Shown: positions 21,273 through 31,292 of the stretch, one piece after another | Layout of the letters: every line of letters starts with the position of its first letter | Position numbering within the stretch: position 1 is the stretch's first letter | Program-made: the position numbers and the translations under genes | Source of the DNA: Nitrosospira sp. Is2 | GTDB lineage: Bacteria; Pseudomonadota; Gammaproteobacteria; Burkholderiales; Nitrosomonadaceae | DNA: 32,000 bases | Assembly: GCF_033095785.1 (NCBI RefSeq) | Contig: NZ_CP137134.1 | Coordinates: 2,311,774-2,343,773 of the forward strand | Reading direction: 5' to 3' | The notes under the pieces: model-generated | Told to the model about the DNA's origin: nothing | Databases searched by the model: none | Seen by the model: the letters and a program-made list of their open reading frames with translations, nothing else

Positions 21273-22053
21273 AGATAATCCCAAAAGCACGAGGTTGGCT
21301 CACCTCAACCTGATGCTCTTTGACAAGCTCAAGTAGTGCCAGAAACGTTACGACAAGTTCCGGGGCTCCTGCCGCGGCACTGAATAAATCGTGAAACTCA
21401 ATAAAGGCGCGCCCCTGCAATTGGCTTAAGATGCGACTCATGTGTTCTCGCACCGACAGCTCCGCCCGGGTGATCTGGTGGCGACGATTTGCCTGGCAGC
21501 GAGCCATCAGCATAAGCCACGCATCGCGCAGGTCCTCCATGCTGACTTCCGGGAGGCGGTCGGCCATCGCCGGCTCGATCCAGACCCTCGTCAGCAGGAA
21601 GTCCCGATCCGCTTGTGGCAGTTCATCGAGTCGCTGAGCAGCGGCTTTCATTTGCTCGTATTCCAGCAGGCGCCGTACCAATTCAGCGCGAGGGTCGCTC
21701 TCTTCCTCATCTCGGACAACGGCCACCGGCAACAGCATGCGTGATTTGATGTCAATCAATACCGCCGCCATGAGAAGGTATTCTGCCGCCAATTCCAATT
21801 TGTTTGCGCGCATCATTCCAATATAGGCCATGTATTGGCGGCTGAGCTCCGCCATGGGGATGTCCAGCACGTCGAGGTTATGCTTGCGAATAAGATACAG
21901 CAGTAAATCGAGAGGGCCCTGGAACGTCTCGAGGAACACTTCCAGAGCGTCGGGCGGAATATACAAATCCGCCGGTAATTCCGTTAGGGGCTCCCCATGA
22001 ATTTTAGCCACCGCGGAAGCAGCGGATTGCGAAAACCCACTATCCATCGTCAT
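21238..22053 (-). CDS. scpA: Segregation and condensation protein A (kleisin)
   Basis: 271 aa. [35 protein letters not shown] is the characteristic ScpA N-terminus. Confidence 0.92.
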   Translation of the reverse strand: MTMDSGFSQSAASAVAKIHGEPLTELPADLYIPPDALEVFLETFQGPLDLLLYLIRKHNLDVLDIPMAELSRQYMAYIGMMRANKLELAAEYLLMAAVLIDIKSRMLLPVAVVRDEEESDPRAELVRRLLEYEQMKAAAQRLDELPQADRDFLLTRVWIEPAMADRLPEVSMEDLRDAWLMLMARCQANRRHQITRAELSVREHMSRILSQLQGRAFIEFHDLFSAAAGAPELVVTFLALLELVKEHQVEVSQPRAFGIIYVRPVSTLSVI

Positions 22054-22112
22054 GTGAAGCTAAGGAAACGCTCAACGTGCTCAGCAAGGAAAAGGGCATA
22101 TCTACCAGCGTG

Positions 22113-23315
22113 CTAAGAGTAGTCCAGTCCCATTGCCTCTCTTACGTCCCGCATGGTCTCCTGCGCCAATTTATCGGCTCTCTCGCAACCGTCGGCGATG
22201 ATATTACGTACCAGTGTGGGGTCTTCCTCATACATACGCGCCCGCTCGTGCATGGGTTGCTGCTCTGCCAATATCGCGTCAATAACCGGCTGTTTGCACT
22301 CCAGACAACCGATTCCCGCGGTAGTGCATCCCTGTTGCACCCACGCCCGGGTGTCATCGTCCGAGTAAACCAGATGGAACTGCCACAATGGGCATTTTGC
22401 CGGGTCCCCGGGATCGCTGCGGCGGACGCGCGCCGGGTCGGTCGGCATGGTGCGTATCTTCTTTATCACACTTGCCGGTTCCTCGCGCAGGGTGATCGTG
22501 TTATTGTAAGATTTCGACATCTTCTGTCCATCCAGACCCGGCATTTTCGGTGCCTGAGTCAGCATAACCTCGGGCTCGGAGAGAATCATCTTTCCGCCGC
22601 CCTCCAGGTATCCAAATAAACGCTCCTGATCGCCCAGGCTCAAATTCTGTTGTTCTTCAAGCAGCGCTTTTGCTGCAGCGAGCGCCTCATCGTCGCCGTG
22701 CTCCTGGTACCGATTCCGCAAGTCGCGGTAAAGTTTAGATTTTTTTGAACCAAGTTTTTTTATCGCCGCTTCCGCTTTTTCGCGGAATCCGACTTCCTTG
22801 CCGTAAATATGGTTGAAGCGCCGCGCGATTTCGCGGGTAAACTCGATATGCGGCGTCTGGTCTTCGCCCACTGGCACACGGGTGGAGCGATAAATGAGAA
22901 TATCCGCGCTTTGCAGCAGGGGGTAACCCAGAAAGCCGTACGTATTCAACTCTTTCTCAAACAGCTTTTCCTGTTGGTCCTTATAGGAAGGCACGCGTTC
23001 CAGCCATCCCAGGGGGGTAACCATGGAGAGCAGCAGGTGCAACTCGGCATGTGCCGGCACCCGGGATTGAACAAATAATGTCGCTTGTGCTGGATCCACG
23101 CCTGCAGCCAGCCAGTCAATCACCATATCCCAGACGTGGCGCTCGATGACGTCCGGCGTATCGTAGTGCGTGGTGAGAGCGTGCCAGTCCGCGACGAAGA
23201 ATAGGCACTCAAACTGGTGCTGTAGCTCCACCCAGTTCTTCAGCACGCCGTGATAGTGCCCCAAATGAAGGCCGCCCGTGGGACGCATTCCCGATAAAAC
23301 ACGCTCAGTGAACAT
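22113..23315 (-). CDS. trpS: Tryptophan--tRNA ligase, long form with a C-terminal four-Cys motif
   Basis: From the ATG at 23315 (AAGGGG RBS) the protein reads MFTERVLSGMRPTGGLHLGHYHG (HIGH motif) and contains KMSKS. The track's TTG at 23369 would overlap the upstream gene. The four-Cys motif lies at 22296-22394. Confidence 0.93.
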   Translation of the reverse strand: MFTERVLSGMRPTGGLHLGHYHGVLKNWVELQHQFECLFFVADWHALTTHYDTPDVIERHVWDMVIDWLAAGVDPAQATLFVQSRVPAHAELHLLLSMVTPLGWLERVPSYKDQQEKLFEKELNTYGFLGYPLLQSADILIYRSTRVPVGEDQTPHIEFTREIARRFNHIYGKEVGFREKAEAAIKKLGSKKSKLYRDLRNRYQEHGDDEALAAAKALLEEQQNLSLGDQERLFGYLEGGGKMILSEPEVMLTQAPKMPGLDGQKMSKSYNNTITLREEPASVIKKIRTMPTDPARVRRSDPGDPAKCPLWQFHLVYSDDDTRAWVQQGCTTAGIGCLECKQPVIDAILAEQQPMHERARMYEEDPTLVRNIIADGCERADKLAQETMRDVREAMGLDYS

Positions 23316-23349
23316 ACCCCTTGTCCTTATCCAACCAATCCAATTATTT

Positions 23350-24000
23350 TCAGTAGGCTTCCAGGCCAAAAAACAACGCTACCAGCTGTATCGTAATCGC
23401 TGTAAACGGACCAATGATGGCACCCAACACCCCGGTCATCAACAGCATAAGGAGGATCATGAAGCCGTACGGTTCAATCCTTGCAAAACCGTTAGCCAGG
23501 CGCTGCGGCAGAAGGCTTACCGCGATACGGCCGCCATCGAGCGGCGGCAGAGGCAATAGATTCAAAACCATCAGGATCACGTTGATTTTAATCCCCGCTT
23601 CCCCCATCAATACCATAGGCCGGGCAAGATCGGTGTCCGACAGGGCGAGGCCAAGCTTGATAACGAACGCCCAAAGCAACGCCATGAAAAGGTTGGCGCC
23701 CGGCCCGGCCAGGGCCACCCAAAGCATGTCCTGTTTCGGTCGGCGCAACGCCGAGAAGTCGACGGGCACCGGTTTGGCCCAGCCGAATAGTATTCCGCCC
23801 AGCCACAGCGTCAACAAGGGAAGCAGGATCGTGCCCACCGGATCGATGTGGCGAACCGGATTCAGACTGACGCGTCCTTGCGCATAGGCGGTCATATCGC
23901 CAAAATGCTTCGCCACATAACCATGAGCGGCTTCGTGCAAGGTGATGGCAAAAATTACCGGGAGCGCATAGATGGCAACATTCTGAATAATGCTATCCAT
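23350..24000 (-). CDS. Site-2 protease (peptidase M50) family membrane metalloprotease
   Basis: An HEAAHG zinc motif sits in the first TM helix, the protein is polytopic, and an LLPLPPLDGG motif is present. The ATG at 24000 is preferred over the TTG at 24012. It overlaps the yciO stop by 8 nt. Confidence 0.88.
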   Translation of the reverse strand: MDSIIQNVAIYALPVIFAITLHEAAHGYVAKHFGDMTAYAQGRVSLNPVRHIDPVGTILLPLLTLWLGGILFGWAKPVPVDFSALRRPKQDMLWVALAGPGANLFMALLWAFVIKLGLALSDTDLARPMVLMGEAGIKINVILMVLNLLPLPPLDGGRIAVSLLPQRLANGFARIEPYGFMILLMLLMTGVLGAIIGPFTAITIQLVALFFGLEAY

Positions 24001-24625
24001 TGGAGATTCCAAAAGGCTGGAGGCTCCCTTTTCCTTCCCGTATCACTTCCGGCACATCCCCGGTCATATCAATGACGGTGGTCATCTCCAGCCCGCAGGC
24101 GCCCCCATCCAGCACCAGTTCCACCTGATGCTCGAGGCGGGCCCGGATGTCCCCAGCATCGTTAAGTGGGAACTCATCGCCAGGCATTATCAGGGTGGAA
24201 CTCAACAGCGGCTCATCCAACTCCGTCAACAACGCCTGCACGATGGGATGATCCGGAATTCTGACGCCGATTGTATCGCGCTTCGGCGGCTGCAAGCGGC
24301 GCGGAACTTCCCGGGTAGCTTGAAATATAAAGGTGTAGCTACCGGGCGTACTCATCTTGAGCAGCCTATATTGCCGATTATCAACTTTGGCGTAATGCGA
24401 GATTTCGGCGAGGTTGCGACACATCAGCGTAAAGTGATGCCGCTCATCCATCTGCCGTATCGCCCGAATTCGAGTCATGACGGTTTTATCGCCCAAGTGG
24501 CCTCCAAGCGCATAACACGAATCGGTAGGGTAGGCGATCACCCCTCCGGCGCGCACAATAGCCGCAGCCTGCCGTATCAGACGCAACTGGGGGTTTTCCG
24601 GATGAATCGAAAAGAATTGAGCCAC
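23993..24625 (-). CDS. yciO: YciO, Sua5/YciO/YrdC/YwlC-family (threonylcarbamoyl-AMP-synthase-like) protein
   Basis: 210 aa. MAQFFSIHPENPQLRLIRQAAAIVRAGGVIAYPTDSCYALG closely parallels E. coli YciO as I recall it. It lies directly downstream of a yciV/trpH homolog, as in E. coli. The start codon is GTG. Confidence 0.85.
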   Translation of the reverse strand: MAQFFSIHPENPQLRLIRQAAAIVRAGGVIAYPTDSCYALGGHLGDKTVMTRIRAIRQMDERHHFTLMCRNLAEISHYAKVDNRQYRLLKMSTPGSYTFIFQATREVPRRLQPPKRDTIGVRIPDHPIVQALLTELDEPLLSSTLIMPGDEFPLNDAGDIRARLEHQVELVLDGGACGLEMTTVIDMTGDVPEVIREGKGSLQPFGISNG

Positions 24626-24780
24626 GAGAAAAATAGCTGACGATTTTTATCAATGTGTTGTCTGCGGGTCCGTTTCCTGGTACATCATCCGTGGGCCGCC
24701 GGAAGGCATCTCGGGTGCCAAAGGGGGTACATCACACTGGTTAGTATCGCGCCGTGGTGGCAGTACACCCAAAAAGGCAA

Positions 24781-25632
24781 TCACCCTGCGTGGATCGCTT
24801 CCTTCCAGTCATGCCATACGGGCCTGCAGATGGCAGGCAGCGCCGGCATTCTCCCCAGATCGAAGTAGCTTTCCCCCGGGCCGTGAAAGTCCGAACCGCG
24901 CGAAGCAAGTAAGCCCAGCCGCTGGCAATGGCGCGCAAACAGCAATGATTGCTCCGGCGTATGACTACCGGTGATCACCTCGATAGCCTCGCCACCCATT
25001 GCGCGGAATTCCTCCAGCAACTCGTCCAGCGCTTTCTTGCTCAGCTTGTAACGGCCGGGATGAGCGATCACGGCTCTGCCACCGCTGCCGCGTATCCAGC
25101 CAACCGCGTCGCTTAACGGCACCCACTGGTGTGGCGCATATCCAGGCTTACCCTTGACCAGGTATTTCTTGAAGACTGCTTTCGCATCTCTGGCGTGACC
25201 CTGCTGAATTAAAAAGCGGGCGAAGTGCATCCGCCCCAGCAAATGCCCCTCTCCAGCATTGCGGCAGGCGCCTTCAAAACTGCCGTGAATCCCGAATTTG
25301 TCCAGTTGCGCGGCGATATTACGCGCACGCACCAGCCGGCCGTCTCGTATGGACGCCAAACCCCGAATGAGGTCGGGATGCTCAGGATTTATACCGAGGC
25401 CGACGATATGGACGGTCTGGCCGCGCCAGTCCACCGAAATTTCGACGCCGTTGACCAGGATAACGTTCTTCTCCGTGGCCGCCGCGTGGGCCTCCGCCAG
25501 CCCTCCCACGTCGTCGTGATCGGTCAGCGCGAGAATGTCAACCCCACGCGCAGCAGCGTGCTCGACCAATTGTGTTGGTGTGAGCAGACCGTCCGAAACC
25601 GTGGAGTGGCAATGCAAGTCGATGTTGAGCAT
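24781..25632 (-). CDS. yciV: PHP-domain phosphoesterase (TrpH/YciV, RNase AM-like)
   Basis: 283 aa. IDLHCHSTVSDGLLTP...LALTDHDDVGG is the PHP metal-binding N-terminus, and the length fits YciV. Confidence 0.88.
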   Translation of the reverse strand: MLNIDLHCHSTVSDGLLTPTQLVEHAAARGVDILALTDHDDVGGLAEAHAAATEKNVILVNGVEISVDWRGQTVHIVGLGINPEHPDLIRGLASIRDGRLVRARNIAAQLDKFGIHGSFEGACRNAGEGHLLGRMHFARFLIQQGHARDAKAVFKKYLVKGKPGYAPHQWVPLSDAVGWIRGSGGRAVIAHPGRYKLSKKALDELLEEFRAMGGEAIEVITGSHTPEQSLLFARHCQRLGLLASRGSDFHGPGESYFDLGRMPALPAICRPVWHDWKEAIHAG

Positions 25633-25803
25633 GAAGCAGGCAGGTTGCGCAAAGCGAGAGCCGCATCATAGCATAAGGGGGGGCGGAAAATTGAACTGCG
25701 ACAACTGATCGGCTCACCCGGAGCGGAGCGTGGGCATTCACGCTAAAAGACCGAATGCTTCCGGTAGAGTAGGATATCGAATTGCCCAGATTAGACGGAA
25801 CAA

Positions 25804-27261
25804 ATGGACTTTCTGCCAATTTTTATCGACATACGAAATCGTGACTGCCTTGTGGTCGGCGGCGGGGAAGTGGCCGCCCGGAAAGTGGCGTTGCTATCGC
25901 GAGCGGGGGCTCGGGTCACCATCATCGCCCCCCGGCTCTGTGAGGAACTGCACGAGCGGCTGTTGGTGCCGCGGGATCGGGAACAACCGCCGCAAACAAG
26001 AATTACTTATCTTGCCGAAACGTTTAGTCCCGATCATCTCGCCGATGCCGTTCTAGTTATCGCTGCTACAGATGATCCCACAGTTAACCGGAAGGTTTCC
26101 GAGGTTGCCAAAGGATTACGCATCCCCGTCAATGTCGTGGATGATCCGGCTTCATGCTCTTTCATCATGCCTTCGATTGTGGATCGCTCTCCCGTTCTTA
26201 TCGCCGTATCGAGTGGGGGCGCGTCACCGGTGCTTGCCCGGGTACTGAGAGCTCGACTGGAAACCATGATACCGATGGCTTATGGCCGCCTTGCGGCGTT
26301 CGCGGCCCAATTCCGCGAACGAGTGAAACAGCAGCTTTCAGTTCCCGAGAACCGACGCAGATTCTGGGAGAAAGTATTGCAGGGGCCAGTTGCCGAAATG
26401 GTTTTCTCCGGCAGGGACCGGGCGGCAAAGGTGTATCTGGAGCGTGCGCTGGATAGCGAACCGGATGAGTCAAGCGGGGGAGAAGTATATCTGGTGGGCG
26501 CTGGCCCGGGCGACCCGGAGCTCCTGACTTTTCGGGCAATGCGCCTGATGCAGCAGGCGGACGTGGTCGTGTATGACCGGTTGGTTTCACCTGAGATACT
26601 TGACATGGTGCGTCGCGATGCCGCCCGGATCTATGCCGGGAAGGAGCGCAGCAAGCACGCAATGCCGCAGGAATCGATTAATCAATTGCTGGTGCGGTTG
26701 GCCAAGGAAGGCAAGCGCGTGCTGCGGTTGAAAGGGGGCGATCCTTTCATCTTCGGCCGGGGGGGTGAGGAAATTGAAACCCTCTCCAGCCACGGAATTC
26801 CTTTTCAGGTCGTTCCGGGCATTACCGCGGCGACCGGTGCGGCATCCTATGCAGGTATCCCCCTCACTCATCGCGACTATGCCCAGTCGTGTGTCTTTGT
26901 CACCGGCCATCTCAAGGACGGGAGCGTGGACCTGGATTGGCCCATGCTGGCGCGCCCAAACCAGACCATCGTGGTCTATATGGGGCTCCTCGGCCTACCG
27001 GAGCTGTGCCGGCAATTAATCGCGCACGGGCTATCTGCTACGACACCAGCCGCAATCGTGCAGCAGGGAACTACGCATAAACAGCGCGTATTGACCGGTA
27101 CGTTGCAGAACCTTCCCGGTTTGACCGCTGCGGCCAAACTGATTCCGCCAACTCTTATCATCGTCGGCGAGGTCGTCAAACTGCATCGGCAACTGGCGTG
27201 GTTCGAGCCTCAACGGGATGAGGCTGCTCCCGCGATCGGTATTCTGGGCAGAGAACAGTAA
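25804..27261 (+). CDS. cysG: Siroheme synthase (precorrin-2 dehydrogenase/ferrochelatase fused to uroporphyrinogen-III C-methyltransferase)
   Basis: 485 aa. The N-terminal Rossmann motif is [13 protein letters not shown]. The C-terminal methyltransferase region shows [18 protein letters not shown] and [15 protein letters not shown]. Confidence 0.93.
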   Translation: MDFLPIFIDIRNRDCLVVGGGEVAARKVALLSRAGARVTIIAPRLCEELHERLLVPRDREQPPQTRITYLAETFSPDHLADAVLVIAATDDPTVNRKVSEVAKGLRIPVNVVDDPASCSFIMPSIVDRSPVLIAVSSGGASPVLARVLRARLETMIPMAYGRLAAFAAQFRERVKQQLSVPENRRRFWEKVLQGPVAEMVFSGRDRAAKVYLERALDSEPDESSGGEVYLVGAGPGDPELLTFRAMRLMQQADVVVYDRLVSPEILDMVRRDAARIYAGKERSKHAMPQESINQLLVRLAKEGKRVLRLKGGDPFIFGRGGEEIETLSSHGIPFQVVPGITAATGAASYAGIPLTHRDYAQSCVFVTGHLKDGSVDLDWPMLARPNQTIVVYMGLLGLPELCRQLIAHGLSATTPAAIVQQGTTHKQRVLTGTLQNLPGLTAAAKLIPPTLIIVGEVVKLHRQLAWFEPQRDEAAPAIGILGREQ

Positions 27262-27297
27262 GCCTTTGCGCAATACCGCGCTATTCCATCGCATCTT

Positions 27298-28095
27298 TTA
27301 AAAAAGGCCGATCAGCATCCTCGTTCCCAGCAAATAAAGCAGCAGAACAAAAATCGTCCTGAGCATCCGTGTAGGCATGACGTGGGTCGTTTTTGCGCCG
27401 AACGGCGCTGTCAATACGCTGGCCAGCACGATCCACCCCAAGGCCGGCAAATAGACATACCCCAAGCTATGTTGCGGTAACGGCTGGGATTGGGCCATGC
27501 CATTAACGATGTATCCGATGGCGCCCGCTACGGCAATGGGAAATCCCACTGCGGCAGCGGTGCCGATCGCCTGCTGCAATCGCGCGTTGCAGAACGTAAG
27601 AAACGGAACCGTCAGCAGCCCGCCGCCGATTGCGACAAAACTCGAAACCGCGCCAATGATTCCGCCCGCACCAATCATTCCCCATTTGCCGGGAAGCTCA
27701 CGGCTGGGTTTGGGCGAGATTTTCAGCAGCATCTGCGTGGCTGCATAGAAGATAAACACAACAAAAATGACGCTGAGCGCCCTGCTGGGCAACGCGTTCA
27801 CCAGAGTCGCACCGGCCAGTGTGCCAGCGATAATTCCAGGGGTGATATGTTTCACGACTTGCCAGTTCACCGCTCCGTGCGCATGGTGAGCGCGCAGGCT
27901 GGAAGCCGAGGTGAAAATGATCGCGGCCATGGTAGTCCCCAGGGCAAGGTGCAGGATGCGATCAGGCGGGAAATGCTGATTGGTAAAAATAACGGTGAGC
28001 ACTGGCACCAGAATCAATCCGCCGCCGATACCCAGCAGTCCGGCAAAAAAGCCTACAACTGCACCCAGCAGCAGATAAGCCGGCCACCACTCCAC
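27298..28095 (-). CDS. TauE/SafE-family sulfite/anion exporter
   Basis: 265-aa polytopic protein with duplicated GIGGG.(L)..P motifs (LLGIGGGLILVPVL and VAIGGGLLTVPFL). The start codon is GTG. Confidence 0.85.
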   Translation of the reverse strand: MEWWPAYLLLGAVVGFFAGLLGIGGGLILVPVLTVIFTNQHFPPDRILHLALGTTMAAIIFTSASSLRAHHAHGAVNWQVVKHITPGIIAGTLAGATLVNALPSRALSVIFVVFIFYAATQMLLKISPKPSRELPGKWGMIGAGGIIGAVSSFVAIGGGLLTVPFLTFCNARLQQAIGTAAAVGFPIAVAGAIGYIVNGMAQSQPLPQHSLGYVYLPALGWIVLASVLTAPFGAKTTHVMPTRMLRTIFVLLLYLLGTRMLIGLF

Positions 28096-28176
28096 GTCAA
28101 GCGTGGCCGAAAGGTATGCTTGTCTTGAGCATTTTTCGGCGACTTTCCGTCTGCAAATCTGGTTGTGACCAGCCCA

Positions 28177-28632
28177 TCAAAAAATCCCCATGATGAAGTC
28201 CCACTCCGCTGGGTCTACAGGCGTAATGGATAGGCGGTTTCCGGTTTGCAGAATGCGCATGTTTGCCAGTTCCGGCCGGCTGCGCAATTCCCTGATGCTG
28301 ACCAAGCGGGTTTTTCTGATGAACTTCACATCCACATTGAACCAGCGCGGGTTGTGCGACGTTGCCTTCGGGTCAAAATATTTACTGGCGGGATCGAACT
28401 GCGTTGCGTCCGGATATGCTGGACTGCTAACCTCGGCAATGCCCGCGACCCCCGGTTCCGGACAACTCGAATGATAAAAAAACACGCCGTCCCCGACGCG
28501 CATCTGGTCGCGCATAAAGTTGCGCGCCTGATAGTTGCGGACGCCGTACCAGGGGACAGTTTGATCAGGCATCGAGGCAAGGTCATCAATGCTGACATCC
28601 GAAGGTTCTGATTTCATCAGCCAGTAACGCAT
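28177..28632 (-). CDS. EVE (PUA-like) domain protein
   Basis: 151 aa. MRYWLMKSEPSDVSIDDL...WYGVRNYQARNFMRDQMRVGDGVFFYHS is the canonical EVE-domain N-terminus. Confidence 0.88.
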   Translation of the reverse strand: MRYWLMKSEPSDVSIDDLASMPDQTVPWYGVRNYQARNFMRDQMRVGDGVFFYHSSCPEPGVAGIAEVSSPAYPDATQFDPASKYFDPKATSHNPRWFNVDVKFIRKTRLVSIRELRSRPELANMRILQTGNRLSITPVDPAEWDFIMGIF

Positions 28633-28785
28633 ATTAGGTCCTAAGAGTTCCAGTTAATTCCATAGTCGGTTGACTACAATAAACATTGCCATTTTTCATG
28701 GCTTGAACATTCCCAAGATGTTCTATACAATCCTGCACGAAGTCCCCCCCAAAGTCCCACCCACTACTAAAGCGAAGTAACCTCA

Positions 28786-30117
28786 ATGGCAAAACTTTCG
28801 GCAATAGGTTGTGAAGGAGCAAAGCCTTCGCTAAATCGAGATCGCTTACTAGGTGATGGCGACGGATTATTTCTCCGGATTCGACCGAATGGTACGAAGA
28901 CATGGGTTATTGAATACGAGTTAAATAGTAGTCGGACAAAATACACCATAGGTACGTACTCACGCAACGGCGCGCAAGGCGACAGTATTTCGGCTTGGCT
29001 CAGTAACGGCCAGCAGTCCTTGGCTCAGGCTCGGGCGATTGCAGGCAGCTGGAAGGCTGCTCGAAGAGCAGGGCATAACCCAGCCGCAGAATGGGAAGCT
29101 CAACTTAGCTCAGATCGTGAGGCAGTCCGTCTGCGGGTGACAGCATTAGAGTCCGAGCGAACTCAACCAACGGTTGAGGACGCCGTGAAGTTGTTTATGG
29201 CGAAGATTATGGCCAAAAAGAACAGCGCACCTGGGGTGCTCTACCGGTTCACGAGACTGACAGAGATTCTTGGTACCAAGAAAATTAAAGACGTGTCCCG
29301 GCAGGATATTATTGCCGCGCTAGATACCATCGCAGAGGGTAGGAAAGAGGGGCGGACTGCAAAGCAATTAGCCGGCGAGGTGTTGACGCTTGCAAAACGG
29401 CTATGGCGTTTTGCTAAAGCACGGGAATGGGTGCCGGTATCGTGCGTGGAAGAGCTATCGCGGCGCGATTTCGACTCAAGGCCCAAAAAGCGGGATGTGA
29501 CGCTACGACTTGATGAACTAGCGGTAATTTTGCGAGCATTGAACAACCCTCTGCAGTGCAAGGCTGATCCCGTTACCATTGCTGCCTTAAAGTTGTTGAT
29601 TCTGACAGGGCAGCGAGAAACCGAAGTTACCAATGCCCAGTGGGCAGAATTGGATCTAGGTGCCGGTGTTTGGGTACTTCCGGCGGAACGCACCAAGCTG
29701 AGACGGGCCCATCTTGTGCATTTGGCTCCCGAGGCAATCGCAATTGTTGAGTCTTTGAAACCGCTAACCGGGAAAGGACTTTACGTGTTTGAATCGCCGA
29801 ACAAAGCGGGTCAGCCGATTTATGGGCGTTCTGTGAACAACGCGCTAGCAACGCTATTTAAACGTAACCAGTTACCAAACGTCACTCGTTGCCGTGTCCA
29901 CGATTTTAGGCGAACGCTGATAACGCGCCTCCCGGACCTGGGTTTCGAACCATTCCTAGGCCACAAGATTGCTAACCATATTCTTTCTGGCGTTTTCGCA
30001 CACTACAACCATAACACTTACGAACAGCAGCGAGAGAAGGCGTTAAAGGCATGGGCTCGCCGGCTCGAAACACTGGCGGCAGTAAGCAAAGTTCGGCACT
30101 TGCATTACGCTGCGTGA
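28786..30117 (+). CDS. int: Tyrosine recombinase / integrase, P4-like with arm-type N-terminal domain
   Basis: 443 aa. The N-terminus GDGLFLRIRPNGTKTWVIEY is the integrase arm-binding domain. The catalytic residues are visible in LTGQRETEV, VHDFRRT and the C-terminal AHYNH...Y region. Confidence 0.93.
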   Translation: MAKLSAIGCEGAKPSLNRDRLLGDGDGLFLRIRPNGTKTWVIEYELNSSRTKYTIGTYSRNGAQGDSISAWLSNGQQSLAQARAIAGSWKAARRAGHNPAAEWEAQLSSDREAVRLRVTALESERTQPTVEDAVKLFMAKIMAKKNSAPGVLYRFTRLTEILGTKKIKDVSRQDIIAALDTIAEGRKEGRTAKQLAGEVLTLAKRLWRFAKAREWVPVSCVEELSRRDFDSRPKKRDVTLRLDELAVILRALNNPLQCKADPVTIAALKLLILTGQRETEVTNAQWAELDLGAGVWVLPAERTKLRRAHLVHLAPEAIAIVESLKPLTGKGLYVFESPNKAGQPIYGRSVNNALATLFKRNQLPNVTRCRVHDFRRTLITRLPDLGFEPFLGHKIANHILSGVFAHYNHNTYEQQREKALKAWARRLETLAAVSKVRHLHYAA

Positions 30118-30215
30118 GCTTATTTCGTAGCTCATATCCGTACCATCGAGGAAACGGGTAGCACGGTCACGGTTCGCTCCGACTTCTAACTCAAGAAAAG
30201 TATAAGAGGATCCAA

Positions 30216-31292
30216 GTGGACTTCGCAGCTCATGTACCGGCCGCGGTCCGGGAATACACTACCGCATTGTTAGAGGGCGACAAGATGGGATCCGGCTTGG
30301 TCGCTTCGATCGCTAATTTCGAGCGACAGCTATTTGAGACAAAGGAAGCAATAGAAGTAGAAGCCCGGCTCGGGTCCGGTGGATCTCTAATTACCCTACG
30401 CGAGCAAGAAGCTGAACTCGGCAATATTAGAGACGTTCTAGTTGAGCATCGGAATTGCTTGCTGCGACTCGTCCATGATCATCGTATGCTCTCCGCGTAC
30501 TTACTTCTGATACCAGAAATCACCTCAGACGAACAATGGTACCAAATTATCAATTCGGCGTATGGGGCGGGCAAAGATTTCGAGCGTTGGCGGGAACGCC
30601 TGAGGCTGGCACATGAGGAAAAAGAGGAAATCGCTGACATCGCGGAGAAGCTTGCGAGGGCAATCGATAAGTTTTCGAGAAACGGGGTGGAAGGACCCGC
30701 CGAGTTCTACTCTGTCCGTGTTTTATTGGGTAATACGGACAATGACGAATCGGGAGGACATAATCAGTATATTTGGCAAGCGGCACGTAAGGACCTATTG
30801 GGCGAGCGCGAGAATACTCGCGAACGGCATGAACCAGCCCAGCCATCTTTGGAATTTGAAAGCGAGTTGGAGGTCGGCCCCGTCCTCAGTCACCATTCAA
30901 ACATTAGATTTGTTTCTCCCGGAGAGCCCGTGGAGCACGATCCGCTCGCAGGAGTGCGGTATGGGTGGGAAAAGGCTCCTCCACTTGCAGCGCTACTGAA
31001 AACTGTAGCCAAAGCAGGAAGGGATTTTAAGCCGCAGGAGGAGGGCGTGATCGACGCTGCCCTCGAAAGCCGGCAGGGTAGCGTAAAAACTCAATATCTC
31101 CGGGCCCTAGCCTATCTTCTGATTATTGTCAACAACTTCACCTTAACCACGCCGCTAATGCGAGCAATGTCAATTATTGCTAACGTGGTAATCAACCTAC
31201 CTGACGTTGATGTGACGTACGATGACGTGCGAAAGGCGCTTTCCCACCGGGCAATAGGCCACTGGAAAACTCGAGGTAAAAAACCGAGCTGA
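30216..31292 (+). CDS. Hypothetical protein, 358 aa, no recognisable domain
   Basis: GTG start with an AGAGGA RBS 7 nt upstream (an internal ATG lies at codon 24). No signal peptide and no nucleotide-binding or nuclease motif that I can recognise. It is low in GC relative to the core genes and occupies the int-alpA interval. Confidence 0.65.
   Translation: MDFAAHVPAAVREYTTALLEGDKMGSGLVASIANFERQLFETKEAIEVEARLGSGGSLITLREQEAELGNIRDVLVEHRNCLLRLVHDHRMLSAYLLLIPEITSDEQWYQIINSAYGAGKDFERWRERLRLAHEEKEEIADIAEKLARAIDKFSRNGVEGPAEFYSVRVLLGNTDNDESGGHNQYIWQAARKDLLGERENTRERHEPAQPSLEFESELEVGPVLSHHSNIRFVSPGEPVEHDPLAGVRYGWEKAPPLAALLKTVAKAGRDFKPQEEGVIDAALESRQGSVKTQYLRALAYLLIIVNNFTLTTPLMRAMSIIANVVINLPDVDVTYDDVRKALSHRAIGHWKTRGKKPS

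Noticed and set aside
23990-24640. 216-aa plus-strand ORF opposite yciO
   Set aside because: yciO on the minus strand is strongly recognisable, and the plus-frame product has no recognisable features.
27490-28128. 212-aa plus-strand ORF opposite the TauE/SafE gene
   Set aside because: The product is hydrophilic and Arg/Gln/Asn-rich, lying opposite a well-formed polytopic membrane protein. It is an antisense artefact.
28106-28140. Hairpin gccgaaa...tttcggc with inner atgct/agcat stem between the EVE gene and the TauE gene
   Set aside because: The inverted repeat is real, but it lacks a U-tract on the relevant (minus) strand and lies where the TauE promoter would be. The evidence is insufficient to call it a terminator or a regulatory site.
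28633-28785. Searched for a tRNA or tmRNA remnant as the island attachment site
   Set aside because: No T-arm (GGTTCGAnnCC-like) or acceptor-stem/CCA pattern appears on either strand by eye. I report this as an absence to be confirmed with a covariance-model scan.
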